Shown: positions 51,117 through 61,878 of the stretch, piece by piece
Numbering within the stretch: the stretch's first letter is position 1
How the letters are laid out: every line of letters starts with the position of its first letter
Assembly: GCA_047601445.1 (NCBI GenBank)
Contig: JASGJH010000001.1
Span: 1,280,001 to 1,344,000, forward strand
DNA length: 64,000 nt
DNA from: Myxococcales bacterium
GTDB taxonomy: Bacteria; Myxococcota_A; Polyangia; Polyangiales; DASUME01
Direction of reading: 5' to 3'
Notes under the pieces: model-generated
Databases searched by the model: none
The model's input: the letters and a program-made list of their open reading frames with translations, nothing else
Told to the model about the DNA's origin: nothing
Program-made: the position numbers and the translations under genes

Positions 51117-54100
51117 ATGGCGACGGCATCGACCGTGATGCGAGCGAGCTTATGGTGCGGCCTGGGCGCGGGTCTGTTCGTGGCTATGGGAGACTTCGGA
51201 GCCACCTGGCTGTGGCTGCCGGTCTGGCGGGATCGCGGAAGCTACCTATGGCGTATGCTGGCCGCCCTGGGTCCCGCAGGGGCCCTGCTCGCGACCTTGG
51301 CGGGCTGCTTGGGTTGGCTCGCGTATCGGGGCGCAACGCGGGTTTCGCCCTCGCGTAGCTCCGTGGCCTGGGCGGGAGCGTTGGCGGCCTTGAGTCTGCC
51401 GGGGGCTCGCTGGCTGGCGCTCAAGCTGTGCTCTGGCGGGATGATGTCCCGGCTCGCGCAACGCACGCTCATCGAATGGACGCTGACGCTGGTCCTGCCG
51501 GCCTCGTTGGGAATGGCGCTCTACCTCGGACTGCGCCTGGCCCGTTGGCTCGCGTCGCACCGTCGCATGGCCTTCCGTTTCGGCCTCGGGCTGTTGGCGC
51601 TGGCCTTCGGGTTGGGGAAGCTCAATCAGACCTTCCTCCCCAACCTCTACGACTACCTCCACGCGGGGCTCGCAACGCTTACGTTCGCGTGCGCAGCGTT
51701 CGGGTTCCTGAGCATCGCAGGTGATTCGCGCGTCGCGCCTACATCGCAACGGATCTCGGGTACGCGCATGAGCGCGGCCTCAGCGTTGATCCTGGTCATG
51801 GTGTTCGTGCTCGATGTGTTCACGCTGGACGAGAACTTGAACGTGCGGGTCGCCATGTTCGACGCGCGCTCGGCGGCCAGCCGCGCCATGCTGTCTGGGC
51901 TCGACCCCGTGCTGCGCGTGTGGACGCAGCGCAACCGGCGCAGCGGGAACTCGTTCGGTGCACTACTGGCGCGCGAAGGCGCCCACGGGTCCTTGCCCAC
52001 CGAACCAGGCGCCCACGTGGTGCTGATCACGATCGATGCCCTGCGCGCCGATCACCTCTCGGGCTATGGGTACACGCGTCCGACTTCGCCGGAGCTCGAC
52101 CGCTTCGCGCAGGGCGCCGTGCAGTTTCAGCGCGCCTACGCCCAGGCTCCGCACTCGAGCTACTCGCTGAGCTCGCTGCACACGTCCGAATATCTACACG
52201 AGGTGGTGGAACTGGGACGCCCCCTGCCCAAGGCCACGCTAGCCACGACGCTGGCGGCCAACGGCTATCACACGGCGGCCTTCTTTACGGACGGCATCTT
52301 CCATACCGAAGGTCAACGACTCGCCCAGTACCGCGACACGGCCTTCGGCTTCGCGCTGTTCGACAACACCAACCGCGAAAGCGAGGAGCAGACCGACCGT
52401 GTGCTCGCGGAGGTGGATCGCATCAAGCAGCAAGGGGAGCCGCCGAGCTTCTTCTGGGTTCATTACTTCGACGTGCATGAGCCCTACCAGGAGACCACCT
52501 TCGGCTCAGGCGAGCTCGATCGATACGACAGCGAAATCAAGCATGTGGACCGCGAACTTGCGCGCCTCTTGAAGCTCATGGAGGAGCGTCTCGAGCGCGA
52601 GTTGGTGGTCGCTATCACGGCGGATCATGGAGAAGAGTTCCGTGAGCACGGCGGCGTCTACCACGGCTCCACGCTCTACGATGAGCAAGTGCGGGTGCCG
52701 CTCTTGCTGCGCGTGCCTGGTCTCGCGGGCGCCAAGGTCGATGCGCCCGTGGAGGTCGTGGACGTCGCGCCGACGCTGCTCGGTGCCGTCGGGGTGCCCG
52801 TGCCCGCGAGCATGCGAGGCAAGGACCTGCGGGCCCTCTCGGGCAAGGCGGGGACGAACGAAACGGCCGCCTTCTCCGCCGTGCTCACCAAGCGCATGGC
52901 GATGCGCTGGCCCCACAAGGTGATCGCTGACCTGCGCTTCGGGCTCTACGAGCTGTACGACCTGAGCCAGGACCCGCACGAGCGGCGTAACCTGGCTTCG
53001 ACCGAGCCCGAGAAGCTCGGCGAGATGCGCGACCTGGTCTACGCCTGGCTCGACTCGCTCGAGCACGACAAGCAGCCTGCTGTCGGTGCCAAGACGCCGG
53101 GCGAAGGCTGGGACAAGGCGCTCTTGTGGGGCCGCCTGGGTGACCGGCGCGCGGTCGAGCCGATGTCGAAGTTGATCCTCGACACCAAGGCCCCGGTAGC
53201 GATCCGGGTCGAGGCCGGCCAGGTCCTGGCCAAGCTGGCGGACGAGAGCTGCGCCCCCGCGCTGGTGGAGGCGCTCCACACCGAGCCCTTCGAGGTCTCC
53301 ACGGAGGCCGCCATCGCACTGGGGCGCATGTACGATCCACGCGCCCGTGATGCCCTGCGGCGCTTGATCCACGTGGAGGACCCCTTCGTGCGCGCGCGCG
53401 CCGCGGTGTCGCTCGGGCGCCTGCGCGACCCAGAAGCGGTGCCGGCGCTGATTGACGCGCTGTGGGTGGCCCCCACTCAATACGAACGTGAGGAGGCCGT
53501 GCGCTGGCTCGGTCGCTTGCGTGATCCGAGGGCGCTCGAGCCGTTGCTAAGCCTGCTACCAGAGTTCGGCCTGCGTTACCTGGTCACGGTGGCCCTCGGA
53601 CAATTGGGGGACCCGCGCGCCTATGACGCGCTCGCCGAGATGCTGCGTTGGGAAACCCACACCAACATTCGCGATGAGTTGATCCGGGGTCTCGGCTTGT
53701 TGGGCGATCCCCGCGCACTCCCGATCGTCACCGACGTGCTGGCCCAGGAGCCAGGCCTCAAGAACACGCCTGAGACCCTGGTGCGGCTCGATGCCGTGCA
53801 AAAGGGCTACCTCGGCGGGACCGACCTGGGCCCCGACACGCGCGACATGCGGGGCTTTGGCGCGTGCCGCGCGGGTCCGTTGCTTCACGACTGGGATTAC
53901 CTCGACCGCACCACCTGCCAGCAGCTCGCGCCACATGCCGAGCTCAAACTCAGCTTGCCGCGGGAACACGCGAACTGGGCAGCCGGCGCTCAGCTCATCA
54001 TCCGCCTCAAGCGCGACGCGGTACCGCTGTCGGGTTCGCTCGCGCTCAGCATGGGCGGCAAACCGCTCGCCACGCTCGAGGTGGACGGGTCGTGGCGCGA

Positions 54101-54287
54101 GCATCGCATCGACGTGCCCGCCGAGCTTCTCACGGGCTCGAGCGCGCGCTTGTCCCTCGAATGGACCGGGGACGCGCCTTACACCGAGGTCGACCACGCC
54201 CTCCTGGTGCCACGTAGCGAACGCCTGAGTGCTAGCCCTGAGCTAGGCACACCGAATGCCGCGCACCACGCGCCAGCTGTCCCCTGA
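51117..54287 (+). CDS. Membrane-anchored sulfatase-like hydrolase/transferase with HEAT repeats
   Basis: Multi-TM N-terminus; LITIDALRADH, HYFDVHEPY, TADHGEEF.EHG..HG motifs; repeated ALG.L.D.RA...L units. Confidence 0.88.
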   Translation: MATASTVMRASLWCGLGAGLFVAMGDFGATWLWLPVWRDRGSYLWRMLAALGPAGALLATLAGCLGWLAYRGATRVSPSRSSVAWAGALAALSLPGARWLALKLCSGGMMSRLAQRTLIEWTLTLVLPASLGMALYLGLRLARWLASHRRMAFRFGLGLLALAFGLGKLNQTFLPNLYDYLHAGLATLTFACAAFGFLSIAGDSRVAPTSQRISGTRMSAASALILVMVFVLDVFTLDENLNVRVAMFDARSAASRAMLSGLDPVLRVWTQRNRRSGNSFGALLAREGAHGSLPTEPGAHVVLITIDALRADHLSGYGYTRPTSPELDRFAQGAVQFQRAYAQAPHSSYSLSSLHTSEYLHEVVELGRPLPKATLATTLAANGYHTAAFFTDGIFHTEGQRLAQYRDTAFGFALFDNTNRESEEQTDRVLAEVDRIKQQGEPPSFFWVHYFDVHEPYQETTFGSGELDRYDSEIKHVDRELARLLKLMEERLERELVVAITADHGEEFREHGGVYHGSTLYDEQVRVPLLLRVPGLAGAKVDAPVEVVDVAPTLLGAVGVPVPASMRGKDLRALSGKAGTNETAAFSAVLTKRMAMRWPHKVIADLRFGLYELYDLSQDPHERRNLASTEPEKLGEMRDLVYAWLDSLEHDKQPAVGAKTPGEGWDKALLWGRLGDRRAVEPMSKLILDTKAPVAIRVEAGQVLAKLADESCAPALVEALHTEPFEVSTEAAIALGRMYDPRARDALRRLIHVEDPFVRARAAVSLGRLRDPEAVPALIDALWVAPTQYEREEAVRWLGRLRDPRALEPLLSLLPEFGLRYLVTVALGQLGDPRAYDALAEMLRWETHTNIRDELIRGLGLLGDPRALPIVTDVLAQEPGLKNTPETLVRLDAVQKGYLGGTDLGPDTRDMRGFGACRAGPLLHDWDYLDRTTCQQLAPHAELKLSLPREHANWAAGAQLIIRLKRDAVPLSGSLALSMGGKPLATLEVDGSWREHRIDVPAELLTGSSARLSLEWTGDAPYTEVDHALLVPRSERLSASPELGTPNAAHHAPAVP

Positions 54288-55187
54288 CTCCACGCGTTCG
54301 ACCAAACCGAGCACGCTGCCCTGCTCGTCGAAGGCGACTTTGACGACGCCACCGCCGTCGTCAGTGGAAACCTCGCTGCGCACTTCGGACACGGGCACCA
54401 AGCGGCCATGGAACGCGTGCTGAGCTCCCGTCTCACTGAGGACCACGTGGCTCAAGCCGCGAGCCACCTGGTGCAGCGGCAGGACCGCGGCGCGCATGCG
54501 TGCCCGCAGCTCTTCGTCGCCCTGGGCGGCGGCCCGTAGCTGAACTTGATCCACCGCCTGTGTCACCGAGAATGCACCGTTCTGCAAGCGGCGCAACGCA
54601 CTGAGGTGCCCGACCGTACCGAGTGCTTCCGCGAGGTCGCGCGCCAAGGAGCGCACGTAGAAGCCCTTGCTGCAGCTCAAGCGGAGATCGATTTCCCGCT
54701 CGCGCACCGCCAGGATCTCCAGCGAGTGCAGCGAGACGCGGCGGGTCGGCGCATCGACCTCCTGCCCTTTGCGAGCGCGCTGATAGAGCGGCACACCGTC
54801 CACCTTGATCGCGCTCACGTCGGGCACGCGCTGATCGATCTCGCCCACGAATGCGCGCGCGCAGGCTTCCACCTGCTCCCGGCTGAGCTCCGGGACGGGC
54901 GCCTCGGCCACCACGTCACCGTCCGCATCGAGGCTGCTCGTGGTGCGCCCGAGCAGCACCGTGGTCTCGTAGACCTTGCGGCTCGCCATCAGGTAGTTCA
55001 CCAGCTTGGTGCCCTCGCCAATGGCCAGCACCAGCACGCCAGTGGCCATGGGGTCGAGCGTTCCGGAGTGCCCGATGGCCCGGGTCCGCAGAGCGCGGCG
55101 GGCGTTCGAGACCACGTCGTGGGAGGTGGGCCCGCGGGATTTGTCCACCACCAGGACCCCGTGCAACTCAGTGGGCGTCGTCGTCAC
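54243..55187 (-). CDS. truB: tRNA pseudouridine(55) synthase
   Basis: GHSGTLDPMATGVL, SAIKVDG and CSKGFYVRSLARDL motifs. Confidence 0.96.
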   Translation of the reverse strand: MTTTPTELHGVLVVDKSRGPTSHDVVSNARRALRTRAIGHSGTLDPMATGVLVLAIGEGTKLVNYLMASRKVYETTVLLGRTTSSLDADGDVVAEAPVPELSREQVEACARAFVGEIDQRVPDVSAIKVDGVPLYQRARKGQEVDAPTRRVSLHSLEILAVREREIDLRLSCSKGFYVRSLARDLAEALGTVGHLSALRRLQNGAFSVTQAVDQVQLRAAAQGDEELRARMRAAVLPLHQVARGLSHVVLSETGAQHAFHGRLVPVSEVRSEVSTDDGGGVVKVAFDEQGSVLGLVERVESGDSWRVVRGIRCA

Positions 55188-55554
55188 GCTTGATCTCGCG
55201 CAGCAGGGCTTCCATGTCGCGTCCGCGATCGATGGACTCGTCCCAGTAGAACCGGAGATCGGGCGCGTAGCGAAGCTGGAGGCGCTGAGCGAGCTCGCGC
55301 CGCAAAAATCCCTTGGCCCGCTCCAGGGCGCCTAGCAGCGACTTGCGCGCTGCCTCGGGTGCCTCGATGTCGAGCAGTCGCACGTAGACCTTGGCGAGGC
55401 GGAGGTCGTCGGTGAGCGCGACCGCAGACACCACTGCGTTCTGCGCGCCCGGGTCGTGCACTTCGCCCGCGAGCAGCATGGTCATCAGCTCGCCGCGCAG
55501 GGCGTCGCCGACCTTCTGGCTGCGCTTGCCGTCACTCTTTTTCTTCGCCGCCAT
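55168..55554 (-). CDS. rbfA: 30S ribosome-binding factor A
   Basis: DLRLAKVYV and LRYAPDLRFYWDES motifs; operon context. Confidence 0.93.
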   Translation of the reverse strand: MAAKKKSDGKRSQKVGDALRGELMTMLLAGEVHDPGAQNAVVSAVALTDDLRLAKVYVRLLDIEAPEAARKSLLGALERAKGFLRRELAQRLQLRYAPDLRFYWDESIDRGRDMEALLREIKRDDDAH

Positions 55555-55927
55555 CGTCGTCTTCCCAATCTTCGTCTTCCCAGTCTTCGAGCTCCTCGTC
55601 GAGCGCCGCTCCCGGGAGTCCTCCGAGGCCCTTGCCGAGCTCCACATGTTCCACAGTAGTGGACTGCTCGATCAGCTGCGCCTGCGTGGCCGACGCGGCG
55701 AAGCTCACCAGCTTGTCGAGCACCGAGCGCGCATGCCGGACGTCGTTGCTGACCAACGCGAACCCGAGCGTAGCCCGCCGGTGCGCGTCGTGGTCAGCCA
55801 CCTCGGCCGCCGCCACATGGAAGCGGCCGCGGGCGCGCTCGAGGATGCTCTTGACCACGGAGCGCTTTCCCTTGAGGGAGTCGTTCCATGGCAGCGCGAG
55901 CACGATTCGGCACAGACCCACGACCAT
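55532..55927 (-). CDS. ylxP: DUF503 (YlxP) protein
   Basis: SLKGKRSVVKSI..RFHVAAAEV; lies between infB and rbfA. Confidence 0.9.
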   Translation of the reverse strand: MVVGLCRIVLALPWNDSLKGKRSVVKSILERARGRFHVAAAEVADHDAHRRATLGFALVSNDVRHARSVLDKLVSFAASATQAQLIEQSTTVEHVELGKGLGGLPGAALDEELEDWEDEDWEDDDGGEEKE

Positions 55928-55957
55928 CTGTGTCCCTCCCCTGCTCGCTCAGGCGAG

Positions 55958-58783
55958 TCAGAGCTGGGCGGCCACCTGCTCCATCTCGAAGCACTCGATG
56001 ATGTCGCCTTCCTTGAGGTCGTTGAAGCCCTCGAGCGAGATACCGCACTCGTAGCCCGCCGCGACATCGCGAACGTCATCCTTGAAGCGCTTGAGGGCCT
56101 TGATGTTGCCCTGCCAGACCTGCACGGCGTCGCGAATGATGCGGGCCTTGCCGTTGCGGACGATCTTGCCGTCTTGGACGTAGCTGCCAGCGATGGCGCC
56201 GATCTTCGGGATGGTGAACACCTGGCGAACCTCTGCCTTGCCGAGCGCCTTCTCGATGAAGCTCGGGGCAAGCATGCCCGCCATGGCCTTCTTGACCTCC
56301 TCGACCGCCTCGTAGATGACGCGGTAGAGGCGGATGTCGACGCGCTCGGACTTGGCCACTTCGGCAGCCTTACCCGCAGGGCGCACGTTGAAGCCCACCA
56401 CGATGCAGTTGGAGGCCGTGGCAAGCGAGACGTCGCTCTCCGTGATGCCGCCGACGCCCGTGTGGATGATGGTCACCTTGACCTTGTCGGTAGACAGGTC
56501 GGTGAGCGCCTTGACGAGGGCCTCGATGGAGCCCTGCACGTCCGCCTTGATGATGAGCTTGAGCTCGTGGACCTCACCGCTCTGCATCATCTGGTGGATC
56601 TGGTCCAGACCCATGCGGGCCTGGGTGGGCATCGCCTGCGACTCGGCGCGCTTCTTGGTCTCCGCGATCTCCTGCGCCTTCTTGGCGTCGGTGACCACGT
56701 AGAACTTCTCGCCAGCCCCCGGCACCTCGGACAAGCCGAGGATTTCCACGGGTGTAGCGGGGCCGGCCTCACGCAGCTGACGACCACGGTCGTCGGTCAT
56801 GGCCTTGACCTTGCCCCACGCCTGTCCAGCCACCACCAGTTCGCCGATGCGCAGCGAACCGTTGCGCACGAGGACGTTGGCAACGGGACCGCGCCCCTTG
56901 TCGAGATAGGCCTCGAGCACCACGCCTTCGGCGGGCACCTTGGAGTTCGACTTGAGCTCGAGCATCTCGGCCTGCAGGAGCAGCTTCTCGAGAAGCTCGG
57001 GGATGCCCTCGCCGGTGTGGGCCGACACGTTCTGGAACATGGTCTCGCCACCCCAGTCTTCAGACTGGAGCCCCAAGCCGGCAAGGTCGCGCATGATCAC
57101 GTCGGGACGTGCGCCTTCCTTGTCGATCTTGTTGACGGCCACCACGATCGGAACGTTGGCTGCCTTGGCGTGCGCCACGGCTTCGCGGGTCTGCGGCATC
57201 ACGCCGTCGTCGGCCGCGACCACCAGAATGACGAGGTCCGTGGCCTCGGCGCCGCGGGCACGCATGGCGGTGAACGCCTCGTGGCCGGGGGTATCGAGGA
57301 ACACGATGGTGCCCTTCTCGGTATCGACGCGGTAGGCGCCGATGTGCTGGGTGATGCCGCCGGCCTCGCGCGCCGCGACGCGCGTGGAGCGGATCTTGTC
57401 GAGCAGCGAGGTCTTGCCGTGGTCGACGTGACCCATCACCGTGACGATGGGGGCGCGGTGCTCGTAGTCCTCTTGCTCGTCCGTCACGTCACCGCGTGCG
57501 GCGGCGATCATGGCGTCGGTGCTGACGGCCACGTTCTCCACTTCGTAGCCGAACTCACTCGCCAAGATCTTGGCGGTGTCGGCGTCGAGCTTGGAGTTGA
57601 TGTTCACGCCCGTCATGCCGAGCTGCACCAGCTTCATCAGCACTTCGGTGGCCTTGAGGCTCATGCGCTGAGCGAGCTGCTGCAAGCTGACCTGGTCCTC
57701 GATGCGGATCAGGCGCTTGGCGGCGCTGGGGGTGGTGATGAGCGTGGAGCCCGCCTTGCGGCCTGGAGCCAACTTGCGGGCACGACCGGGGCGGCCAGCC
57801 TGGCCACGCGGCTGCGGACGACCGGGAGCGCCCAGGGCTGCCCGACCGAGTTCGCGGCGGCGCGGAGGAATCGCACCCGCGGGACCGCCGCCCGGTCCGG
57901 GCAGCGGGGCGTTGTGCTGAGCAACGATGCGCGAGACGGCCTCGGAGGAGAGGCGCGGCGCGCTCGGACCCACGGTGTTGCCGCGAGCCACCACGCCCGG
58001 CGGAAGGTGCGTGTGCCCGAGGCGTTCGGATGCCGGGGGCAGCGAGGAAGCCTGGCGGGTCACCACGGGAACGTGACCGCGCTGGTCACTGCCTCGATGG
58101 ACCAGTGCGGACGGCCGGGCAGCGACCACCGGGGGCTGCTGAACCGGGGGCTCCTCTTCACGGTAGTCCCGGTCGTCCCCTTCGTGCTGGGCCTCGAACG
58201 CCGGCGCTGGTGGCGGCTGCACGGGACGAGCCACAGGCGCCTCGACCACGGGAGCGGGCCGCGCCACCACGGGTGCGGGGCGGGGCTCAGCCTCCCTGAC
58301 GGGCGCGGGCTCCTCCACCGCAGCGGGTGCCACGGGCTCCTGCTGCGCGGGCGGCGCGGCGGGACGCACTGCGGCGGGCGCGGGCGTCGGCGCAGGTGCT
58401 GCCCGCGGCGGCTCGGCGACCGGCGCAGCGGGCGGCAAAGCAGAACGCTCCTCGACACGCGCAGCCGGACGCACCACAGGGGCAGGTGCTGCCTCGTGGG
58501 CCGGCTCGTAAGTGGCGGTCCCAGCGATGTCGTCACGCTCGTCGTGACGGCTCGTGGGCGTGGCGACCGCACGCCGCCGCACCACTGTAGGACGGATGCG
58601 CTCCTCCACAGTGTTGGACTGCTTGTCCTTATCGAGCGCGCGCTTAATCCGATCGACCTCCGCGGGCTCCAAGGCACTCATGTGATTGCGCACCTGGATT
58701 CCCAACGAGGCGATCTTGTTGACCAGCTCTCGGTTGTCGAGGCCCAGCTCCCGGGCAACCTCGTATACCCGAACCTTGATCAT
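55958..58783 (-). CDS. infB: Translation initiation factor IF-2
   Basis: KVRVYEVA N-terminus; [21 protein letters not shown] and KADVQGS motifs. Confidence 0.98.
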   Translation of the reverse strand: MIKVRVYEVARELGLDNRELVNKIASLGIQVRNHMSALEPAEVDRIKRALDKDKQSNTVEERIRPTVVRRRAVATPTSRHDERDDIAGTATYEPAHEAAPAPVVRPAARVEERSALPPAAPVAEPPRAAPAPTPAPAAVRPAAPPAQQEPVAPAAVEEPAPVREAEPRPAPVVARPAPVVEAPVARPVQPPPAPAFEAQHEGDDRDYREEEPPVQQPPVVAARPSALVHRGSDQRGHVPVVTRQASSLPPASERLGHTHLPPGVVARGNTVGPSAPRLSSEAVSRIVAQHNAPLPGPGGGPAGAIPPRRRELGRAALGAPGRPQPRGQAGRPGRARKLAPGRKAGSTLITTPSAAKRLIRIEDQVSLQQLAQRMSLKATEVLMKLVQLGMTGVNINSKLDADTAKILASEFGYEVENVAVSTDAMIAAARGDVTDEQEDYEHRAPIVTVMGHVDHGKTSLLDKIRSTRVAAREAGGITQHIGAYRVDTEKGTIVFLDTPGHEAFTAMRARGAEATDLVILVVAADDGVMPQTREAVAHAKAANVPIVVAVNKIDKEGARPDVIMRDLAGLGLQSEDWGGETMFQNVSAHTGEGIPELLEKLLLQAEMLELKSNSKVPAEGVVLEAYLDKGRGPVANVLVRNGSLRIGELVVAGQAWGKVKAMTDDRGRQLREAGPATPVEILGLSEVPGAGEKFYVVTDAKKAQEIAETKKRAESQAMPTQARMGLDQIHQMMQSGEVHELKLIIKADVQGSIEALVKALTDLSTDKVKVTIIHTGVGGITESDVSLATASNCIVVGFNVRPAGKAAEVAKSERVDIRLYRVIYEAVEEVKKAMAGMLAPSFIEKALGKAEVRQVFTIPKIGAIAGSYVQDGKIVRNGKARIIRDAVQVWQGNIKALKRFKDDVRDVAAGYECGISLEGFNDLKEGDIIECFEMEQVAAQL

Positions 58784-59394
58784 CCATCCTCCGAAAGCCC
58801 GGCGAGCCACCGAGCACAAACCGCTATTTCACGCGCGATGTGCGCGTCTAAAATCGCTACAAAACCTAGTGTTTCTTTTCCAGTCAGGCGACCGAGCTCA
58901 GCCTTCTTCGACAGCTCGATCACGGCCACGCTCTTCGCATTAGCCAATGGAATCAACTCGTCGCGGCGGCCCGCCGCGTCCTTCGCTACCAGAAGAAGCC
59001 GTGGTGCGCCAGCCAGAAGGGCCTCGCGTACCGCGTCGGTGCCCAGCACGGTCTGTCGCCGCCGGAGCGCCGAGAGCAACAGGCCCTGGATTCGTTTCTC
59101 GACCTGGAGTTCGGCGAGCTGGAGCACGACATCGCGATCCACGCTGACCTGGGTCTTGAACACCCTGGCGAACCCGCCCCGGGCCGCACGGACGAAACAA
59201 TCCTTGCGGGGGTGAATCCAGGCGCCATGCCCACCCAAGCTGGCTCCCAGGTCGGGGACCAGGCTCGGCGTGTGACCCGGCACGTGCACGAAGCGAAACA
59301 AATCCGCGCGCGACGCCACCTCGCGACACCCCGCACAGGTGCGCTCGGCCACGCTCTCGCCTTCGCTTCGCTTCGTTGTTGCCACGGACAGCAC
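58780..59394 (-). CDS. YlxR (DUF448)-YlxQ (L7Ae-like) fusion protein
   Basis: [17 protein letters not shown] (YlxR) followed by [27 protein letters not shown] (L7Ae). Confidence 0.88.
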   Translation of the reverse strand: MLSVATTKRSEGESVAERTCAGCREVASRADLFRFVHVPGHTPSLVPDLGASLGGHGAWIHPRKDCFVRAARGGFARVFKTQVSVDRDVVLQLAELQVEKRIQGLLLSALRRRQTVLGTDAVREALLAGAPRLLLVAKDAAGRRDELIPLANAKSVAVIELSKKAELGRLTGKETLGFVAILDAHIAREIAVCARWLAGLSEDG

Positions 59395-59416
59395 GTGCTC
59401 CTACCTCTTCGCTCCC

Positions 59417-60994
59417 TCAGGCCCTGGATTCTTGTTCCACGAACAGGGTCACGCCCTCGCGCACGGCGGCAGCGCGGCGCTGGTCGAGCCCGGTTCGAAT
59501 TGCCAAGCGGTCGACGTCGGACTCCCCATAGAGCTGGTCGATGGACTTGTAGCCAGCGCGCTCGAGCAAGTCCGCGATACGCTCCGAGACGCCCCGCACC
59601 AAGAGGAGACGCTCGTGATCCGTGAGCTGGGGCAGCCGCTCGCGTGCGTTGGCCAACTGTTCCTGCCGCATGACCTCGATGGCATCGAGGGCCGCGTTCT
59701 TGATGCGCTCGGCGTTGCCCACGCCACCCAGGCCCGGGATGCCACCAAGCTCCTGGTCGCTCGCCTCGGACACCTCGTCGAGGGTACGGAAGCCGAGCTT
59801 GTACATGGTGTTGGCCAGGTTCGCATCCACACCCTGGATGCGCAGGAGCGCGCTGATGGCGTCCTCCTCGATCTGGCGGAACTTGGACTCGCTGATGATG
59901 TCGAGCTTCCAGCCCGAGAGCTGAGAAGCAAGGCGCACGTTCTGACCGCGTCGGCCGATGGCCAGGGACAGCTTGTCGTCGGGGACCACCAGCTCCATGC
60001 CGTTGTTGGCTTCGTCGATGATGACGCGCATGACTTCGGCAGGCGCGATGGCGTTGCACACGAAGCGTGCCGGATCGCGATCCCACGGCACGATGTCGAT
60101 CTTCTCGCCGCGCAGTTCCTGGACCACGGCCTGCACGCGCGAGCCCTTCATGCCCACGCAGGCGCCCACCGGATCGACGTCCGAGTCACGGCTCGACACG
60201 GCGATCTTGGAACGCGCGCCCGGCTCACGAGCCGCCGCCACGATGCGCACGATGCCCTCGTAGATCTCGGGCACTTCCATCTCGAACAGCTTCACGAGCA
60301 GGCCCGTGTCGGTGCGCGACAGGATGATCTGCGGGCCGCGGGCCTCACGATCGATGTCGAGCAGGAGCGCGACGATGCGATCGCCTGGACGATAGCTCTC
60401 GCGGGGCGTCTGCTGACGCGCTGGCAGCACGGCCTCGGTACGGCCGAGGTCCACGATGATGTTGTTGCCGCGCTCGAAGCGCCGCACGATGCCGGTGACG
60501 ATCTCGCCGCGGCGATCCTTGAACTCGTTGAAGATGATGTCGCGCTCGGCGTCGCGGACGCGCTGGATGATCACCTGCTTGGCGGTCTGGGCGGCGATGC
60601 GGCCGAAGCCCTGACGCTGCTGGCTGAGCTTCAAGAGGTCGCCGAACTCGCGGTCCTGCTGGCGCGCGCGCTCGGAGTCTTCCTTCAGATAGAAGATCTG
60701 GAAACCGAGCTCTTCGCCGAGGTTCGCATCCAAGCCGTAGCGCTTGGCCTCCACCGCACCGATCTCACGCTCCGGGTTATCGACCTTCTCCACCACGGTC
60801 ATGTACTGGTAGAGATCGACCGCGCCGGTGTCGTTGTTGTAGCGCGCTTCAAGCTCTCGACTGATGCCGAACGTGCGCTTGGCGGCGGTCAGGATCGCCT
60901 GCTCCATGGTCTCGATCAGAATGGCCGGATCGATCCCTTTTTCTTTGCTGACCTGGTCGATGATGCTTTGCAGCGAGAGCGTGCCCTGTTGCAT
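59417..60994 (-). CDS. nusA: Transcription termination/antitermination factor NusA
   Basis: [21 protein letters not shown] and [13 protein letters not shown] motifs; C-terminal HhH repeats. Confidence 0.97.
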   Translation of the reverse strand: MQQGTLSLQSIIDQVSKEKGIDPAILIETMEQAILTAAKRTFGISRELEARYNNDTGAVDLYQYMTVVEKVDNPEREIGAVEAKRYGLDANLGEELGFQIFYLKEDSERARQQDREFGDLLKLSQQRQGFGRIAAQTAKQVIIQRVRDAERDIIFNEFKDRRGEIVTGIVRRFERGNNIIVDLGRTEAVLPARQQTPRESYRPGDRIVALLLDIDREARGPQIILSRTDTGLLVKLFEMEVPEIYEGIVRIVAAAREPGARSKIAVSSRDSDVDPVGACVGMKGSRVQAVVQELRGEKIDIVPWDRDPARFVCNAIAPAEVMRVIIDEANNGMELVVPDDKLSLAIGRRGQNVRLASQLSGWKLDIISESKFRQIEEDAISALLRIQGVDANLANTMYKLGFRTLDEVSEASDQELGGIPGLGGVGNAERIKNAALDAIEVMRQEQLANARERLPQLTDHERLLLVRGVSERIADLLERAGYKSIDQLYGESDVDRLAIRTGLDQRRAAAVREGVTLFVEQESRA

Positions 60995-61045
60995 GGGATG
61001 TTCACCTCTGGGACACCAAAGCGTGCCCACTAGCAGTCGTGAAGC

Positions 61046-61546
61046 TCAAAAGACGTGAATCAGATGAGCCTTCGCGATCTCAGAAAACGGAATGTCGAGA
61101 TCGGTCCCGCGATCGTCGCGCAGGACCACTAAGCCATCTCGCAAGCCCACCAGGGTACCGGTGAAGTTCTTGCGTTCGGCGACATGATGCTTGGTTTGAA
61201 CGCGGGCCATGCGGCCGGCAAAGCGCTCAAAGTCGCTCGGCTTCACCAGGGGTCGCTCGATCCCCGGTGAGCTCACTTCGAGGCGGTAATGACTCGGCAA
61301 AAGATCGCTGTAAGCGTCGTCGTCGAGCACCTTGGAGAGCGCGCGACTCACGCGCGTGCAGTCGTCGAGCGTGACGCCTCCCACGCCAGGCGAAAGAGTT
61401 TCGGCGTTCGGCACGTCGATCAGCACGCGCAACACGAGACCACCTTCCGGCACGAGCCGCACATCGACGAGCTCGACGGACTCGGCCACGCACACGGGCG
61501 CAACGAGCTTTTCGAGCATTTCGAGATCGACGTTGGTCTTCGGCAT
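61046..61546 (-). CDS. rimP: Ribosome maturation factor RimP
   Basis: LRVLID, GVTLDDC and YRLEVSSPGIERPL motifs. Confidence 0.95.
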   Translation of the reverse strand: MPKTNVDLEMLEKLVAPVCVAESVELVDVRLVPEGGLVLRVLIDVPNAETLSPGVGGVTLDDCTRVSRALSKVLDDDAYSDLLPSHYRLEVSSPGIERPLVKPSDFERFAGRMARVQTKHHVAERKNFTGTLVGLRDGLVVLRDDRGTDLDIPFSEIAKAHLIHVF

Positions 61547-61662
61547 CGCAGCTAAACAGCACCATCGGCTCGCTGGATGTGTGGAGGCCGGCCCAGAAAT
61601 GCCCGTCCCCCGATGACAGACAGCCCAGCGAGACAAAAAACCCAGAAAAACAGCCAAGAACG

Positions 61663-61691
61663 AAAAAAGGCGGAACCCTGATGGGTCCGCC
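61663..61691 (-). terminator. rimP leader attenuator (terminator-like hairpin)
   Basis: Minus strand GGCGGACCC-ATCA-GGGTTCCGCC-TTTTTT, ~115 nt upstream of rimP and downstream of a candidate promoter. Confidence 0.75.
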
Positions 61692-61720
61692 AGTTGGCAT
61701 TCCCTAAACTGTCGGGCGAA

Positions 61721-61749
61721 GGGTTAGCACAGCGCTTTTCCCATCGCAA
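61721..61749 (-). promoter_or_regulatory. Candidate sigma70-type promoter of the rimP-nusA-infB operon
   Basis: TTGCGA-N17-TAACCC with a TG extended -10. Confidence 0.5.
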
Positions 61750-61878
61750 CCGAGGGGGCCCCCCGTTGGGAGGCCAAGTCCTCGGGGTGGCGGGCGAAAC
61801 CCGCCTCGCCCGCGTCCTCGCGACGCGGGCCCCGGCACGCTGAACCGGCGTCTCAGCGACGCGGGTCCAGAGCGTGGA

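Noticed and set aside
55391..59215. 1274-aa plus-strand ORF, and similar long antisense ORFs over nusA, pgm, recD2, frzS and acnA
   Set aside because: Shadow ORFs opposite well-supported genes, expected from GC-rich codon bias; they carry no motifs.
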